Assembly: GCA_034659895.1 (NCBI GenBank)
Contig: JAYEIF010000193.1
Coordinates: forward strand, 1 to 40,817
Direction: 5' to 3'
DNA: 40,817 nucleotides
Origin: Candidatus Zixiibacteriota bacterium
GTDB lineage: Bacteria; Zixibacteria; MSB-5A5; GN15; FEB-12
The notes under the pieces: model-generated
Seen by the model: only the letters and a program-made list of their open reading frames with translations
Databases searched by the model: none
Told to the model about the DNA's origin: nothing
Part shown: piece by piece, positions 18,380 through 26,692 of the stretch
How the letters are laid out: each line of letters opens with the position of its first letter
Numbering within the stretch: position 1 is the first letter of the stretch
Position numbers and translations under genes: made by a program

Positions 18380-18974
18380 ACCACACCGAAAAAACAGATA
18401 TTTATTAAAGTTAGCCGCAGTCATTTTAATAACCACATAACATACTGTGATTCACGCATTTTCACGGCACAATTCCCTGACAAAATAAATCTCTCGCACT
18501 TCTCACCTATCGTCAATTTAATCTACTCTTATCACTATCGTTCAATCTATGAACAAACATTTAACACAACGACTAACAACAAAAGCTATCCCATTGCCAC
18601 AAAAAGGGTTGCTGGTAAAATCAGAAACTATACTATCTCCATATAGAATGATCTAAAAAAGCACACACTCAACAGGAAATGTATGGCATTCTCAACAGCC
18701 TTATAGGGAAATTCCCCAACACAAAGGCATATATTCATATTTCTTTGTAGTTTCTTTTTCTGTTGTAATCAACAAAAAACATCCAAGTATAGGAACTTTT
18801 TTCCGCCCCATAAAGAGCTCATTTCCATTCACTTATGACATTTAAAAAAGAAAGGTCCAGAGGACACTGGAAAATCTATCTTAGAAGGAACATATTTCCA
18901 ACAATTCAACTCGGTCAGTCTGCGCTAAGTATTATGTTTATTGAAAAAGTGATGTGCGAGGTTAGAAACTTTAG

Positions 18975-19709
18975 CTACAATCCAAACTTTCGCCAGCGAG
19001 CTATAATCGATTCCACAAACTCGCCCACATACTTCATTACCTGTTCCCGATATTGACGGGACTTGTCCAGATCAAACTCAGGATACCCCTCTCCTTTTTT
19101 ATACAGAAGAATAGTCCCTGGCACAGGATAAATGTCAGCCCCCGGCACAAAATTATATGCCATTTCCGGATCGTAAGTATGCTCATCAACCAGAGCAGGA
19201 TCAATAGCCATTACCATCGCAGTTTCATCAGTACCAGCATGGCCTCCAACATGACCAAAGAACTCTTCAGTCATTTTAGCACACAGCTCCCACCAGTGAA
19301 CAACAGCAATGTTTACACTGCGATCTTTGTGGAATTCAAAAGCCAGCGACTTCAGGGTTGAATTGTTACCGCCATGACCGTTCATCACTATTATGTTCTT
19401 GAATCCAATCTTAACCAGAGATAACAGTATATCCTGAATGTAGGCGGAGAAATTTTCCGGTTTGATTGTCATTCCTCCATTATAGTGATAGAGCGATTTT
19501 GTGATACCATAGTAAACAATAGGTGCAATCAGCGCATCGACACGCTCTGCAATACTGGAAGCAATGTCCTCAGGGATAAAGTTGTCAGTACCGACACAAG
19601 ATGACCCATGAGCCTCCATAGTGCCTACTGGTAAAATGACAGTATCAACCTTATCAGGGACAAGCTCTTTTATCTTTAACCAATTCAGACGTTGTATTTC
19701 ACGTTCCAT
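18975..19709 (-). CDS. Creatininase-family amidohydrolase
   Basis: 244 aa. ILPVGTMEAHG, VMNGHGGN and GGHAGTDETA are the metal-ligand blocks of the creatinine amidohydrolase / ArfB / MftE family. Confidence 0.85.
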   Translation of the reverse strand: MEREIQRLNWLKIKELVPDKVDTVILPVGTMEAHGSSCVGTDNFIPEDIASSIAERVDALIAPIVYYGITKSLYHYNGGMTIKPENFSAYIQDILLSLVKIGFKNIIVMNGHGGNNSTLKSLAFEFHKDRSVNIAVVHWWELCAKMTEEFFGHVGGHAGTDETAMVMAIDPALVDEHTYDPEMAYNFVPGADIYPVPGTILLYKKGEGYPEFDLDKSRQYREQVMKYVGEFVESIIARWRKFGL

Positions 19710-19717
19710 AAATAATC

Positions 19718-20542
19718 TTATTCTAATTTTGAAAGAATATGTTCTAATGCGATTTCAGTCTCATTTGCGACAGTTTCATAATTTTCAAATCTCCATTGAT
19801 TAATGTCACGAACCATCAGTTCCAATTCATCAGAGCTTTCTACACAATACCAAATTTCAAGTTCTGACCAAGCAAGACCTTTAGCGCTAAAAGCATCAGC
19901 AACTTTTGAGTAAATAGCAGGAGATTTCCAATCGAATTCAGATAAGTTGATTTTATATTCCTCAGACATACCAATGAGATAATATCGTCCCTCAGGCGTG
20001 GGGCCAAAGACAGCATCACTCTCCTTAAGCATCTTAAGAGCTGTTTTCATTTTTGAGGAATGAACTGTTGGAGTGCGGCTGCCTATTACCAGCACGTGTT
20101 TATACCCTAAATTGAAGCAATTCTTGAAAACTTGTTCAATGCGCATTCCCCAACGATTCTTATCAAGCTTAACTGACTTAAATCTTTTTTTGAAGTCTGT
20201 TGCTGTTTTCTCCGAAAATTTCTCCGAAAGATATTTTGTTACGATTTTCACTAAACGCACTCTGTCTGGTTGATTGATATAGTATAGAATAACATCGCAA
20301 GAGGGAACATCGAGTGCATGTTTTATCGTATCAGTAATAAAAGCCTGATGAAGAAAAAGAAGGTCATCTCCCTGAATAACCCCAAGATTCATAGATGACC
20401 CATCTTCAAAAGGCTCTTGGATACAGATGGCAATTGCCGAGTTGTTTTTTTTAGATGCCGACATATTTATAGCTTGTTCCATCTCCATATTAAGTTTGAA
20501 ATGAATATACAAAGACCTTTCAGAGTAGTCAAGCATCGACAT
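19718..20542 (-). CDS. DUF2064 (TIGR04282-like, CofC/MobA-fold nucleotidyltransferase-like) protein
   Basis: The blocks HVLVIGSRTPTV, DAVFGPTPEGRYYLIGM and FDWKSPAIY follow the DUF2064 pattern (vlliGsDcP ... vlgPa.DGGyyLiG ... W.t..v). The true start may be an internal Met. It ends 8 nt before the creatininase gene begins. Confidence 0.62.
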   Translation of the reverse strand: MSMLDYSERSLYIHFKLNMEMEQAINMSASKKNNSAIAICIQEPFEDGSSMNLGVIQGDDLLFLHQAFITDTIKHALDVPSCDVILYYINQPDRVRLVKIVTKYLSEKFSEKTATDFKKRFKSVKLDKNRWGMRIEQVFKNCFNLGYKHVLVIGSRTPTVHSSKMKTALKMLKESDAVFGPTPEGRYYLIGMSEEYKINLSEFDWKSPAIYSKVADAFSAKGLAWSELEIWYCVESSDELELMVRDINQWRFENYETVANETEIALEHILSKLE

Positions 20543-20832
20543 AGTTTAATATGAAAGAACAATCGAGATTGATTTATAAATCAAAGAGAATCATCCATAA
20601 TCTTATACTCTCAAAATCGTTCATCGTGAACTTTGTATAAAATATGCTTTGTGTCTGGCACCAATCATTACCTTAAGTGTAATAGACAATAGGAGATGAG
20701 TCTCTATTCAATAAATAATAGGAAAAGAGCCATTTAGAACTGCCTCAGTCTATTTGCATCGACCAACTATTTTTTTCTTAATGGATTAATCTTTTTCTGG
20801 AAATACTTGTCTTATTATCGGAAATTGAATGA

Positions 20833-21381
20833 ATGACGAAAATAGATGATGAAACAACTTCAAAACTTGTCATCCAGGCTCAGAGAGGTGACAGGACTGC
20901 ATTTTCAAAACTGGTACGGTTAAAAATGAATGATATAGTTGCTCTTACATTTCGAATGACCGGCGACCGCGAGACGGCAAAAGACCTGACGCAGGAAACA
21001 TTTCTGACAGCTTGGGAAAAGTTGTCCAGATTTAGAGGTGAAAGCGCATTCAGTAGTTGGTTATATCGAATTGCAACAAACAAAGCCCTTAATTTTCTCA
21101 AGCGACCATCTTCCAATGAGATGTCCCTTGATTCAGAACCATCGTTTGTATCAACTCCAGAATCTCAACTTGCTCGTAAAGAGCTACAAAATGGAGTACG
21201 AGAATTCATGCAACAGCTCCCTCCCGGACAGCGAGTAGTATTCGATTTGCGTTTTTACAAACGATTAAGTTTCGAGGAGATATCAATAATGACTGACCGC
21301 GCTGTAGGAACAGTCAAGACCCACTATCGTCAGGCTGTTATCAAATTGCGTCAGTTGGCTAAGGAAAAGGGATGGCGATAA
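20833..21381 (+). CDS. ECF-type RNA polymerase sigma factor (sigma-70 family group 4)
   Basis: Region 2 DLTQETFLTAWEKLSRFRGESAFSSWLYRIATNKALNFLK. Region 4 QRVVFDLRFYKRLSFEEISIMTDRAVGTVKTHYRQAV. Confidence 0.93.
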   Translation: MTKIDDETTSKLVIQAQRGDRTAFSKLVRLKMNDIVALTFRMTGDRETAKDLTQETFLTAWEKLSRFRGESAFSSWLYRIATNKALNFLKRPSSNEMSLDSEPSFVSTPESQLARKELQNGVREFMQQLPPGQRVVFDLRFYKRLSFEEISIMTDRAVGTVKTHYRQAVIKLRQLAKEKGWR

Positions 21382-21938
21382 TGAATTGCCACAAAGTACA
21401 AGAGGAACTATACGAACACTTCGGCCAGAAAAAACTCCCCGATTATCTCGAGGAACACCTAATTCAATGTGATGACTGCCGTTCCCTCTGGCACGAACTT
21501 GGTCAACTTGAACCCGGGTTGGGGAATGATGAGTCCTTTTATTTTGCTCCTGACGAAATCGACGAGATGACGCAGCATATCGAAAATAGTATTGATGATA
21601 CAACCCCAAGGAATGTAACCTTATTTCACAGGATAGCTCAAATTGCCTTGCCTGTGGCGGCTTCGCTATTGCTCTTATTCGGAATATCGAAATTAGCCAA
21701 CGATCCAGTAACTTTAAACTACAATCAAGACTCAACTCTTTACTCAATAACCGAGTTTAACAACTTAACATATAGCAATGACAATAACAGTGAGCTGGAT
21801 GTTGTCACTTTTAATCTGCTTCTGCAGGACTATACGTCTGATGTGACAACTGCTTCCGGAGAAGCGCTCCTTGACGATATCACTGACGACGAGCTTGAAT
21901 ACCTTAAAGATAACCTTGATATGGGAGATTTCTTGTGA
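21372..21938 (+). CDS. Anti-sigma factor (zf-HC2 type, single-pass membrane protein)
   Basis: N-terminal CH..(x)..H...CDDC zinc-finger pattern (MNCHKVQEEL...EEHLIQCDDCRSLW). One TM helix (IAQIALPVAASLLLLFGI). It overlaps the sigma gene stop. The alternative start ATG at 21381 forms TAATG with that stop. Confidence 0.75.
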   Translation: MAIMNCHKVQEELYEHFGQKKLPDYLEEHLIQCDDCRSLWHELGQLEPGLGNDESFYFAPDEIDEMTQHIENSIDDTTPRNVTLFHRIAQIALPVAASLLLLFGISKLANDPVTLNYNQDSTLYSITEFNNLTYSNDNNSELDVVTFNLLLQDYTSDVTTASGEALLDDITDDELEYLKDNLDMGDFL

Positions 21939-22588
21939 TACGAATAAGTAAATCAATATCGGTCTTTATTTTCACAGCCTTTTTATGGTCTGTATTTCCG
22001 GTATCGGCAACAACAATAGACGATTCGGATTCTTTGACCTCGGAGCAGAGTACTCAGCGTCCCTGCATAAGTATTGAGAATAGACATGCCAAGGGGCACT
22101 TTCTGGCTCAGGTTGGTCAGATTCCACCACCACAAGATAGACCGAAACACCAATCGCTTCAACGCCATAAATATATTGAACAGTTACGACTCCTCAAGTT
22201 GCTTGAACTACTTGATCTCCCCCCGAATCAGGAGACAGAATTCATTGTATCCTTTCGTCGATATCGCAAAACCCAACTCAAGTTACATGCGGATCGCACT
22301 GACATTGTTGACAAACTGGCTCTTGGGCTAAGGGATAAATCTTTGCCTCAGAACGAGGTCTATCAACTGGTGTCTAAAATTGAAAAAAACGCTGAGGATT
22401 GTCTAAAGCAAAACGAAAATTTTTTAGATCAGGCCCGAGGTACCCTGAATGTTTGGCAATATGGAAAACTGGCAGTGTTCCTGAATCGATTTGAACGCGA
22501 ATTGCTGGAATCTGTTAAAGCTTTCCACGACCGCCCCCGCCGTGGCATGGAACAGGGAAAACACGGCAACAGACAAGAAACTGAATAA
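21935..22588 (+). CDS. Periplasmic helical protein, degenerate CpxP/Spy (LTxxQ)-like
   Basis: Signal peptide. A helical repeat has LPPNQ in place of LTxxQ, followed by a charged helical region. Its GTG start overlaps the anti-sigma stop (GTGA). Confidence 0.5.
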   Translation: MIRISKSISVFIFTAFLWSVFPVSATTIDDSDSLTSEQSTQRPCISIENRHAKGHFLAQVGQIPPPQDRPKHQSLQRHKYIEQLRLLKLLELLDLPPNQETEFIVSFRRYRKTQLKLHADRTDIVDKLALGLRDKSLPQNEVYQLVSKIEKNAEDCLKQNENFLDQARGTLNVWQYGKLAVFLNRFERELLESVKAFHDRPRRGMEQGKHGNRQETE

Positions 22589-22634
22589 TGTAAAAAAACA
22601 ATTAAATACTAACTTCTAAATTAAGGAGATTATT

Positions 22635-23189
22635 ATGAAAAAGACAACAGTAGTATTGAGCATGATGCTGGCGCTCCTGGCATCATCGGCATGGGCACAG
22701 TTTGATGGACCCAGACAGGGCCGTCGTGGCGACCGTCCAATGCAACCGATGCAACAAGAACATCACCGTATGCATCAAGGACAAGGATTTCACCAAGGTC
22801 ATGGAATGGCAGGGGTTCTATTGTTTGCTGACGAAATTGAACTGACTGATACCCAACAGGACAAGATTAAAGCTATCAGGAGTGAACACAGTCTCGAGAT
22901 TGTGGATCTCAAAGCTGAAGCCAAAAAGTCACATATTATAGTCAGAACCCTCATGCGTAACTCTGATGCTTCTGAAGGAAAAGTAATGAAAGCCATTGAA
23001 GACGCATCAAGAGCAAAGGCTGAAATCGCCAAAGCCAGATATGCACACCAAAAGCAGTGCCGTGAAATTCTTACACAGGAACAGCAGGACAAACTGGAGG
23101 AGTTACGACTCGAACGGCGTAAAATGCATTTTGAAAACAAAGGAAAACCAGGAATGGGATCTTCCCGAGGAAGACGCTTTGGTAAATAA
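22635..23189 (+). CDS. Spy/CpxP-family periplasmic chaperone-like protein (two LTxxQ motifs)
   Basis: Signal peptide MKKTTVVLSMMLALLASSAWA. LTDTQQDKIKAI and LTQEQQDKLEEL motifs. His/Gln/Met-rich N-terminal segment. AAGGAGA RBS upstream. Confidence 0.8.
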   Translation: MKKTTVVLSMMLALLASSAWAQFDGPRQGRRGDRPMQPMQQEHHRMHQGQGFHQGHGMAGVLLFADEIELTDTQQDKIKAIRSEHSLEIVDLKAEAKKSHIIVRTLMRNSDASEGKVMKAIEDASRAKAEIAKARYAHQKQCREILTQEQQDKLEELRLERRKMHFENKGKPGMGSSRGRRFGK

Positions 23190-23221
23190 CTCCGAACTCC
23201 AATGATTCTGACACTATACTT

Positions 23222-23252
23222 CCGCCAAGTATTTCAGCTTGGCGGTTTTTTA
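23222..23252 (+). terminator. Rho-independent terminator ending the ECF operon
   Basis: CCGCCAAG (23222-23229) pairs with CTTGGCGG (23238-23245) and is followed by T6. Confidence 0.8.
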
Positions 23253-23289
23253 TTCTCGTGAAACATAAATGAGAGAAGAATAACACAAA

Positions 23290-24066
23290 TTATCTCCGAG
23301 CTTTCAATGAGAATAATAAGGGATAAGGCGGAGGACCATCGGGCGGATAAAAATATCCATCTTTCTCGTACCAGTCTCTCTCAATAGCATAGTAAGATTT
23401 ATTATATTCTCCCAGTGATTCGATTGTCAATCCTGCCTTAATAAGCGCATTGATAATATCTGACAGAGAATGTTGCCACTCAATCGAATCTTCTTTCCAT
23501 TCATATTCTCTATCGCAGTAATCGTACTGGTTGTTATATCGTTGCGGGTTGGTTTCAAAATATGATGTCCCCTCTTCCATAAGCGTATATATAATCGGAT
23601 GATCATCAACAATGAAGAATGTCCCTCCCTGCACAAGATAATGAGCTACTATTTCCGCCCATTTGTTCAAATCGGATATCCAGCAAAGGGTTCCATAGGA
23701 CTGAAAAATAATATCAAACTGAGCGTCCATCTTGCCGATTAAATCAAGAACATCACAACGAATAAAATCAGCATTGATATTAGATTCTTGTCTCAATTTA
23801 TAGGCTAACTCTATAGAGCGATCAGAGATATCAACTCCGGTAACAATCGCTCCCCGCCTTGCCCATGCAAGGCTGTCCATCCCAAACTGGCAGAAAAGAT
23901 GTAGCAGATGCTTACCTGATACATCCTTAAGCGTATTCAGCTCAAGAGATTTGAGAGGACACCAACCTTCAAGGAAATCCCCAACACGATAGTCGGGATG
24001 CTGGTAATGAATATCAGCGATTTCATTCCAGAGTTTTCTGTTCTGTTCGTGACCTGCTTTTGACAT
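23290..24066 (-). CDS. Class I SAM-dependent methyltransferase
   Basis: LLHLFCQFGMDSLAWARRGAIVTGVDISDRSIELA matches motif I/II of a Rossmann methyltransferase. The start ATG at 24066 overlaps the lptG stop (TAATG). The ORF-track extension to 24129 would overlap lptG by 64 nt. Confidence 0.85.
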   Translation of the reverse strand: MSKAGHEQNRKLWNEIADIHYQHPDYRVGDFLEGWCPLKSLELNTLKDVSGKHLLHLFCQFGMDSLAWARRGAIVTGVDISDRSIELAYKLRQESNINADFIRCDVLDLIGKMDAQFDIIFQSYGTLCWISDLNKWAEIVAHYLVQGGTFFIVDDHPIIYTLMEEGTSYFETNPQRYNNQYDYCDREYEWKEDSIEWQHSLSDIINALIKAGLTIESLGEYNKSYYAIERDWYEKDGYFYPPDGPPPYPLLFSLKARR

Positions 24067-25148
24067 TACTTTCTCACGTTGAGCATTGAAATAATACCAA
24101 CAAGGAAGAAAAATCCATTGACCCCCCAAACAGCCAGCTCCTTTGGTATCTTTTCATTGTATCCTGCTGACTGAAGGATTCGAAACATGATAAAGTACAA
24201 CAACGAAATAAGCGCACCCACCGAGATTGAGACTGCAATCCCCCCACGACGAGGATTAGATGCAAAAGGAATGCTCATTAACATAACAATAAATGATGCT
24301 AATGGATAAGAGTATTTAATTCCAAGATCGACAGCTTCCCTCGCATATGGTCCACCAATACGTTTCATCAATTTAATATATGCAGTCAGTTCATCGATGC
24401 CCATATCCTCTGGCTTACCAATATGCTTGGCGAGATCCTTGGGTTTATCTTGAATTTCAGGAATGACAAGTTTCTCAAATTCCCGATATGATTCGCCGGA
24501 AGTAGGCGAGAAAATGCGCTCAGTGCCGTTACGAGCAATCCATTTATGATCCCGAAACAAGATTATAGAAGCGGTGATAAGCCGCTTCAAGCGGTCGTTT
24601 TCTGTGATATATACTTTTAGGTCACGGCCTTCCATACGAGTGGCGTTAAATCGATTCATAGTGTAAAAGTAACCGGGGCTGACCTGACGGTGGATATTAG
24701 ACACCTGAGCATCAGAAGCCCGGGAACGTTTTTCAATCGTATATTCTTTGATTTCAAGCCGTCGTTTGTTGATCGGCGGAAACATATATTCATTGTAGTA
24801 AAAGTGCCCTGCAGATATAAGTAAGACAACGACCAAGTATGGCAGAGCAAAACGATACAATGATAATCCCGATGCTTTCATGGCAAGGATTTCTTTGTGG
24901 CGTGCCAGCATAGACACCGAAAACAAAGTAGCAATCAAAATAAACATTGGCAGGAATGATTTAATCACCCACCCAGACCAATATAAATAGTATTCTGCTA
25001 TCTTGAGCAAAGTGACTTCATGATCGATAAAATCACGCAATTCCTCGGTAATATTGATAATGATAATAATCAAAGTAAATGATACCGTTACCACCAATAG
25101 AGAAGCAAAAAATGACTTTAACAGATATCGGTCAATTTTTTTTATCAT
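24066..25148 (-). CDS. lptG: LPS export ABC transporter permease, LptF/LptG (YjgP/YjgQ) family, second paralogue
   Basis: 360 aa. Three N-terminal TM helices, a periplasmic domain and three C-terminal TM helices. It starts MIKKIDRYLLKSF, typical of this family, and is paired with a paralogue upstream. Confidence 0.82.
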   Translation of the reverse strand: MIKKIDRYLLKSFFASLLVVTVSFTLIIIIINITEELRDFIDHEVTLLKIAEYYLYWSGWVIKSFLPMFILIATLFSVSMLARHKEILAMKASGLSLYRFALPYLVVVLLISAGHFYYNEYMFPPINKRRLEIKEYTIEKRSRASDAQVSNIHRQVSPGYFYTMNRFNATRMEGRDLKVYITENDRLKRLITASIILFRDHKWIARNGTERIFSPTSGESYREFEKLVIPEIQDKPKDLAKHIGKPEDMGIDELTAYIKLMKRIGGPYAREAVDLGIKYSYPLASFIVMLMSIPFASNPRRGGIAVSISVGALISLLYFIMFRILQSAGYNEKIPKELAVWGVNGFFFLVGIISMLNVRK

Positions 25149-26481
25149 TATCTATACTTTCTGTTTGTCGGAAGAATGAGAATATTTGGGATTCTGTAAC
25201 CACCTTGAAGACAAGATACAGGCCAATTCCTCCGATGAGTAAATTTGCACCCCACATTGCCCAGAATGGCGACATAAATCCACGATCAGCGAGGTCCTCA
25301 CCACCGATAAGAAATGCCCAATAGATAACAAAAAGTCCAATCGAAATGGCAATAGCCACTCCCATACCACCTCGTCGAGAGATAATAGCCAGTGGCGCAC
25401 CTATCAAAATAAAAGCCAGCGAGGCTGCTGGAATCGAAAACTTTTTGTAAATCTCTATTGAGTATTTATTCACCAGTTTACCTTGAGCCGCAATTTGCTG
25501 TCGACTACGCCGAACCACTTTGTATTGATTGGAAGCATTTCGTCGCATCTGATCGAAAGCGGCTGTATCAGCAATAGATGTATCGCCACTGTAAACGAAA
25601 CTATCCGCAAAAAGATAATCGTACTTCCTCTGGAGATGGTCTACAATTCTTTCTTTGAATGGCACAATCGTAGCTTTGGCTCGATCCACATTGATTCGCA
25701 TTTGTTCAATAGACATCTCTCTATCTGAACTGTACTCCTGATTACTCCGCTTCAGTTCCGACCCAGTCCCAGAGATATTCATAACATGCTTGTTGAAACT
25801 CATGCGGCGATAATTTGCCGGATCCTTAGTATCAAGCTTGTGGATTTCACCGTTAAACAATGTGAACTGCATATTCATACCGTTATTTGTAGTTTTCAGG
25901 AATCCATGCTCTGACACCACAATTTCCGGCTTGGCGGCGTTCTTAACATTGGTAATACGGACACCCTCCACTAAGGAAGTGGTATGGTTAATATGATTGA
26001 TTAGCACCAGATAACCGGGAATATCTGAGATAAACACTCCGGGGCGAAATACTAATGTGGGACGCATTGCTGCAATATCCCCCCAAAGCAGACGGGAACG
26101 TTTGTTAAGATCAGGAAGAATCTTGTCGTTAAACTCAATCATACCAACCATTAGAATGCAACCAACAATCATTAAAGGCATAATGACCCGTATCAGATTA
26201 ATACCGGAAGCCTTTATTGCGGTTATTTCGAAGTCAGAGGTAAGACGCCCAAATCCCATAAGTACTGCAACTAAAACAGCCATAGGTACCGATAAAGCCA
26301 ACATCCAGGCTACATTGAGACCAACCAATTCGAGCGCCACCCAGATTGAGAGGTCTTTGTCTATAACATGATCCATAACTTTCGGAACAAAATCGATAAC
26401 CAAAAGAAATGTAATGGCAAAAAAGGAAAGGAAAAATGGGGCAATATGCTCCTTCAGTATGTATCGTGTCAGTTTCTTCAT
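25132..26481 (-). CDS. lptF: LPS export ABC transporter permease, LptF/LptG family, first paralogue (enlarged periplasmic domain)
   Basis: 449 aa. MKKLTRYILKEHIAPFF start and the same 3+3 TM topology. It overlaps lptG by 17 nt. Confidence 0.82.
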   Translation of the reverse strand: MKKLTRYILKEHIAPFFLSFFAITFLLVIDFVPKVMDHVIDKDLSIWVALELVGLNVAWMLALSVPMAVLVAVLMGFGRLTSDFEITAIKASGINLIRVIMPLMIVGCILMVGMIEFNDKILPDLNKRSRLLWGDIAAMRPTLVFRPGVFISDIPGYLVLINHINHTTSLVEGVRITNVKNAAKPEIVVSEHGFLKTTNNGMNMQFTLFNGEIHKLDTKDPANYRRMSFNKHVMNISGTGSELKRSNQEYSSDREMSIEQMRINVDRAKATIVPFKERIVDHLQRKYDYLFADSFVYSGDTSIADTAAFDQMRRNASNQYKVVRRSRQQIAAQGKLVNKYSIEIYKKFSIPAASLAFILIGAPLAIISRRGGMGVAIAISIGLFVIYWAFLIGGEDLADRGFMSPFWAMWGANLLIGGIGLYLVFKVVTESQIFSFFRQTESIDNDKKN

Positions 26482-26692
26482 ATAGTCACAACATTATGCA
26501 TGCAACAATATACAGTTTATACATATCCTCGCCAAGATAATATCAAAATCATGTGATTGAGCAAATGAAATAGTATTCAGAGAAACGTTTTATTGAGAAA
26601 TTACAATTGTTACGAAAGGTAAACTTAATGACAGAACTCTTCAGCAGATCTATTTTCTACTGAGTTGGAACAAAAAGGTGAACTGGTTATTA

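Noticed and set aside
18374-19056. ORFs 18374-18646 (+) and 18835-19056 (+) in the long intergenic region
   Set aside because: Low-complexity Asn/Thr/Ile-rich translations with no RBS. The second overlaps the creatininase 3' end. They are likely non-coding.
20654-20669. TGGCAC hexamers at 20654 (intergenic, + strand), about 19120 and about 21486
   Set aside because: None has a TTGC box at the required spacing, and the latter two lie inside coding sequence.
20780-20832. ECF-type autoregulated promoter upstream of the sigma gene (GGAAAT ... CGGAA, or GAACTT-N18-TGTC at about 20623-20650)
   Set aside because: The matches are weak, the spacing is ambiguous, and the group-specific consensus is unknown without classifying the sigma factor.
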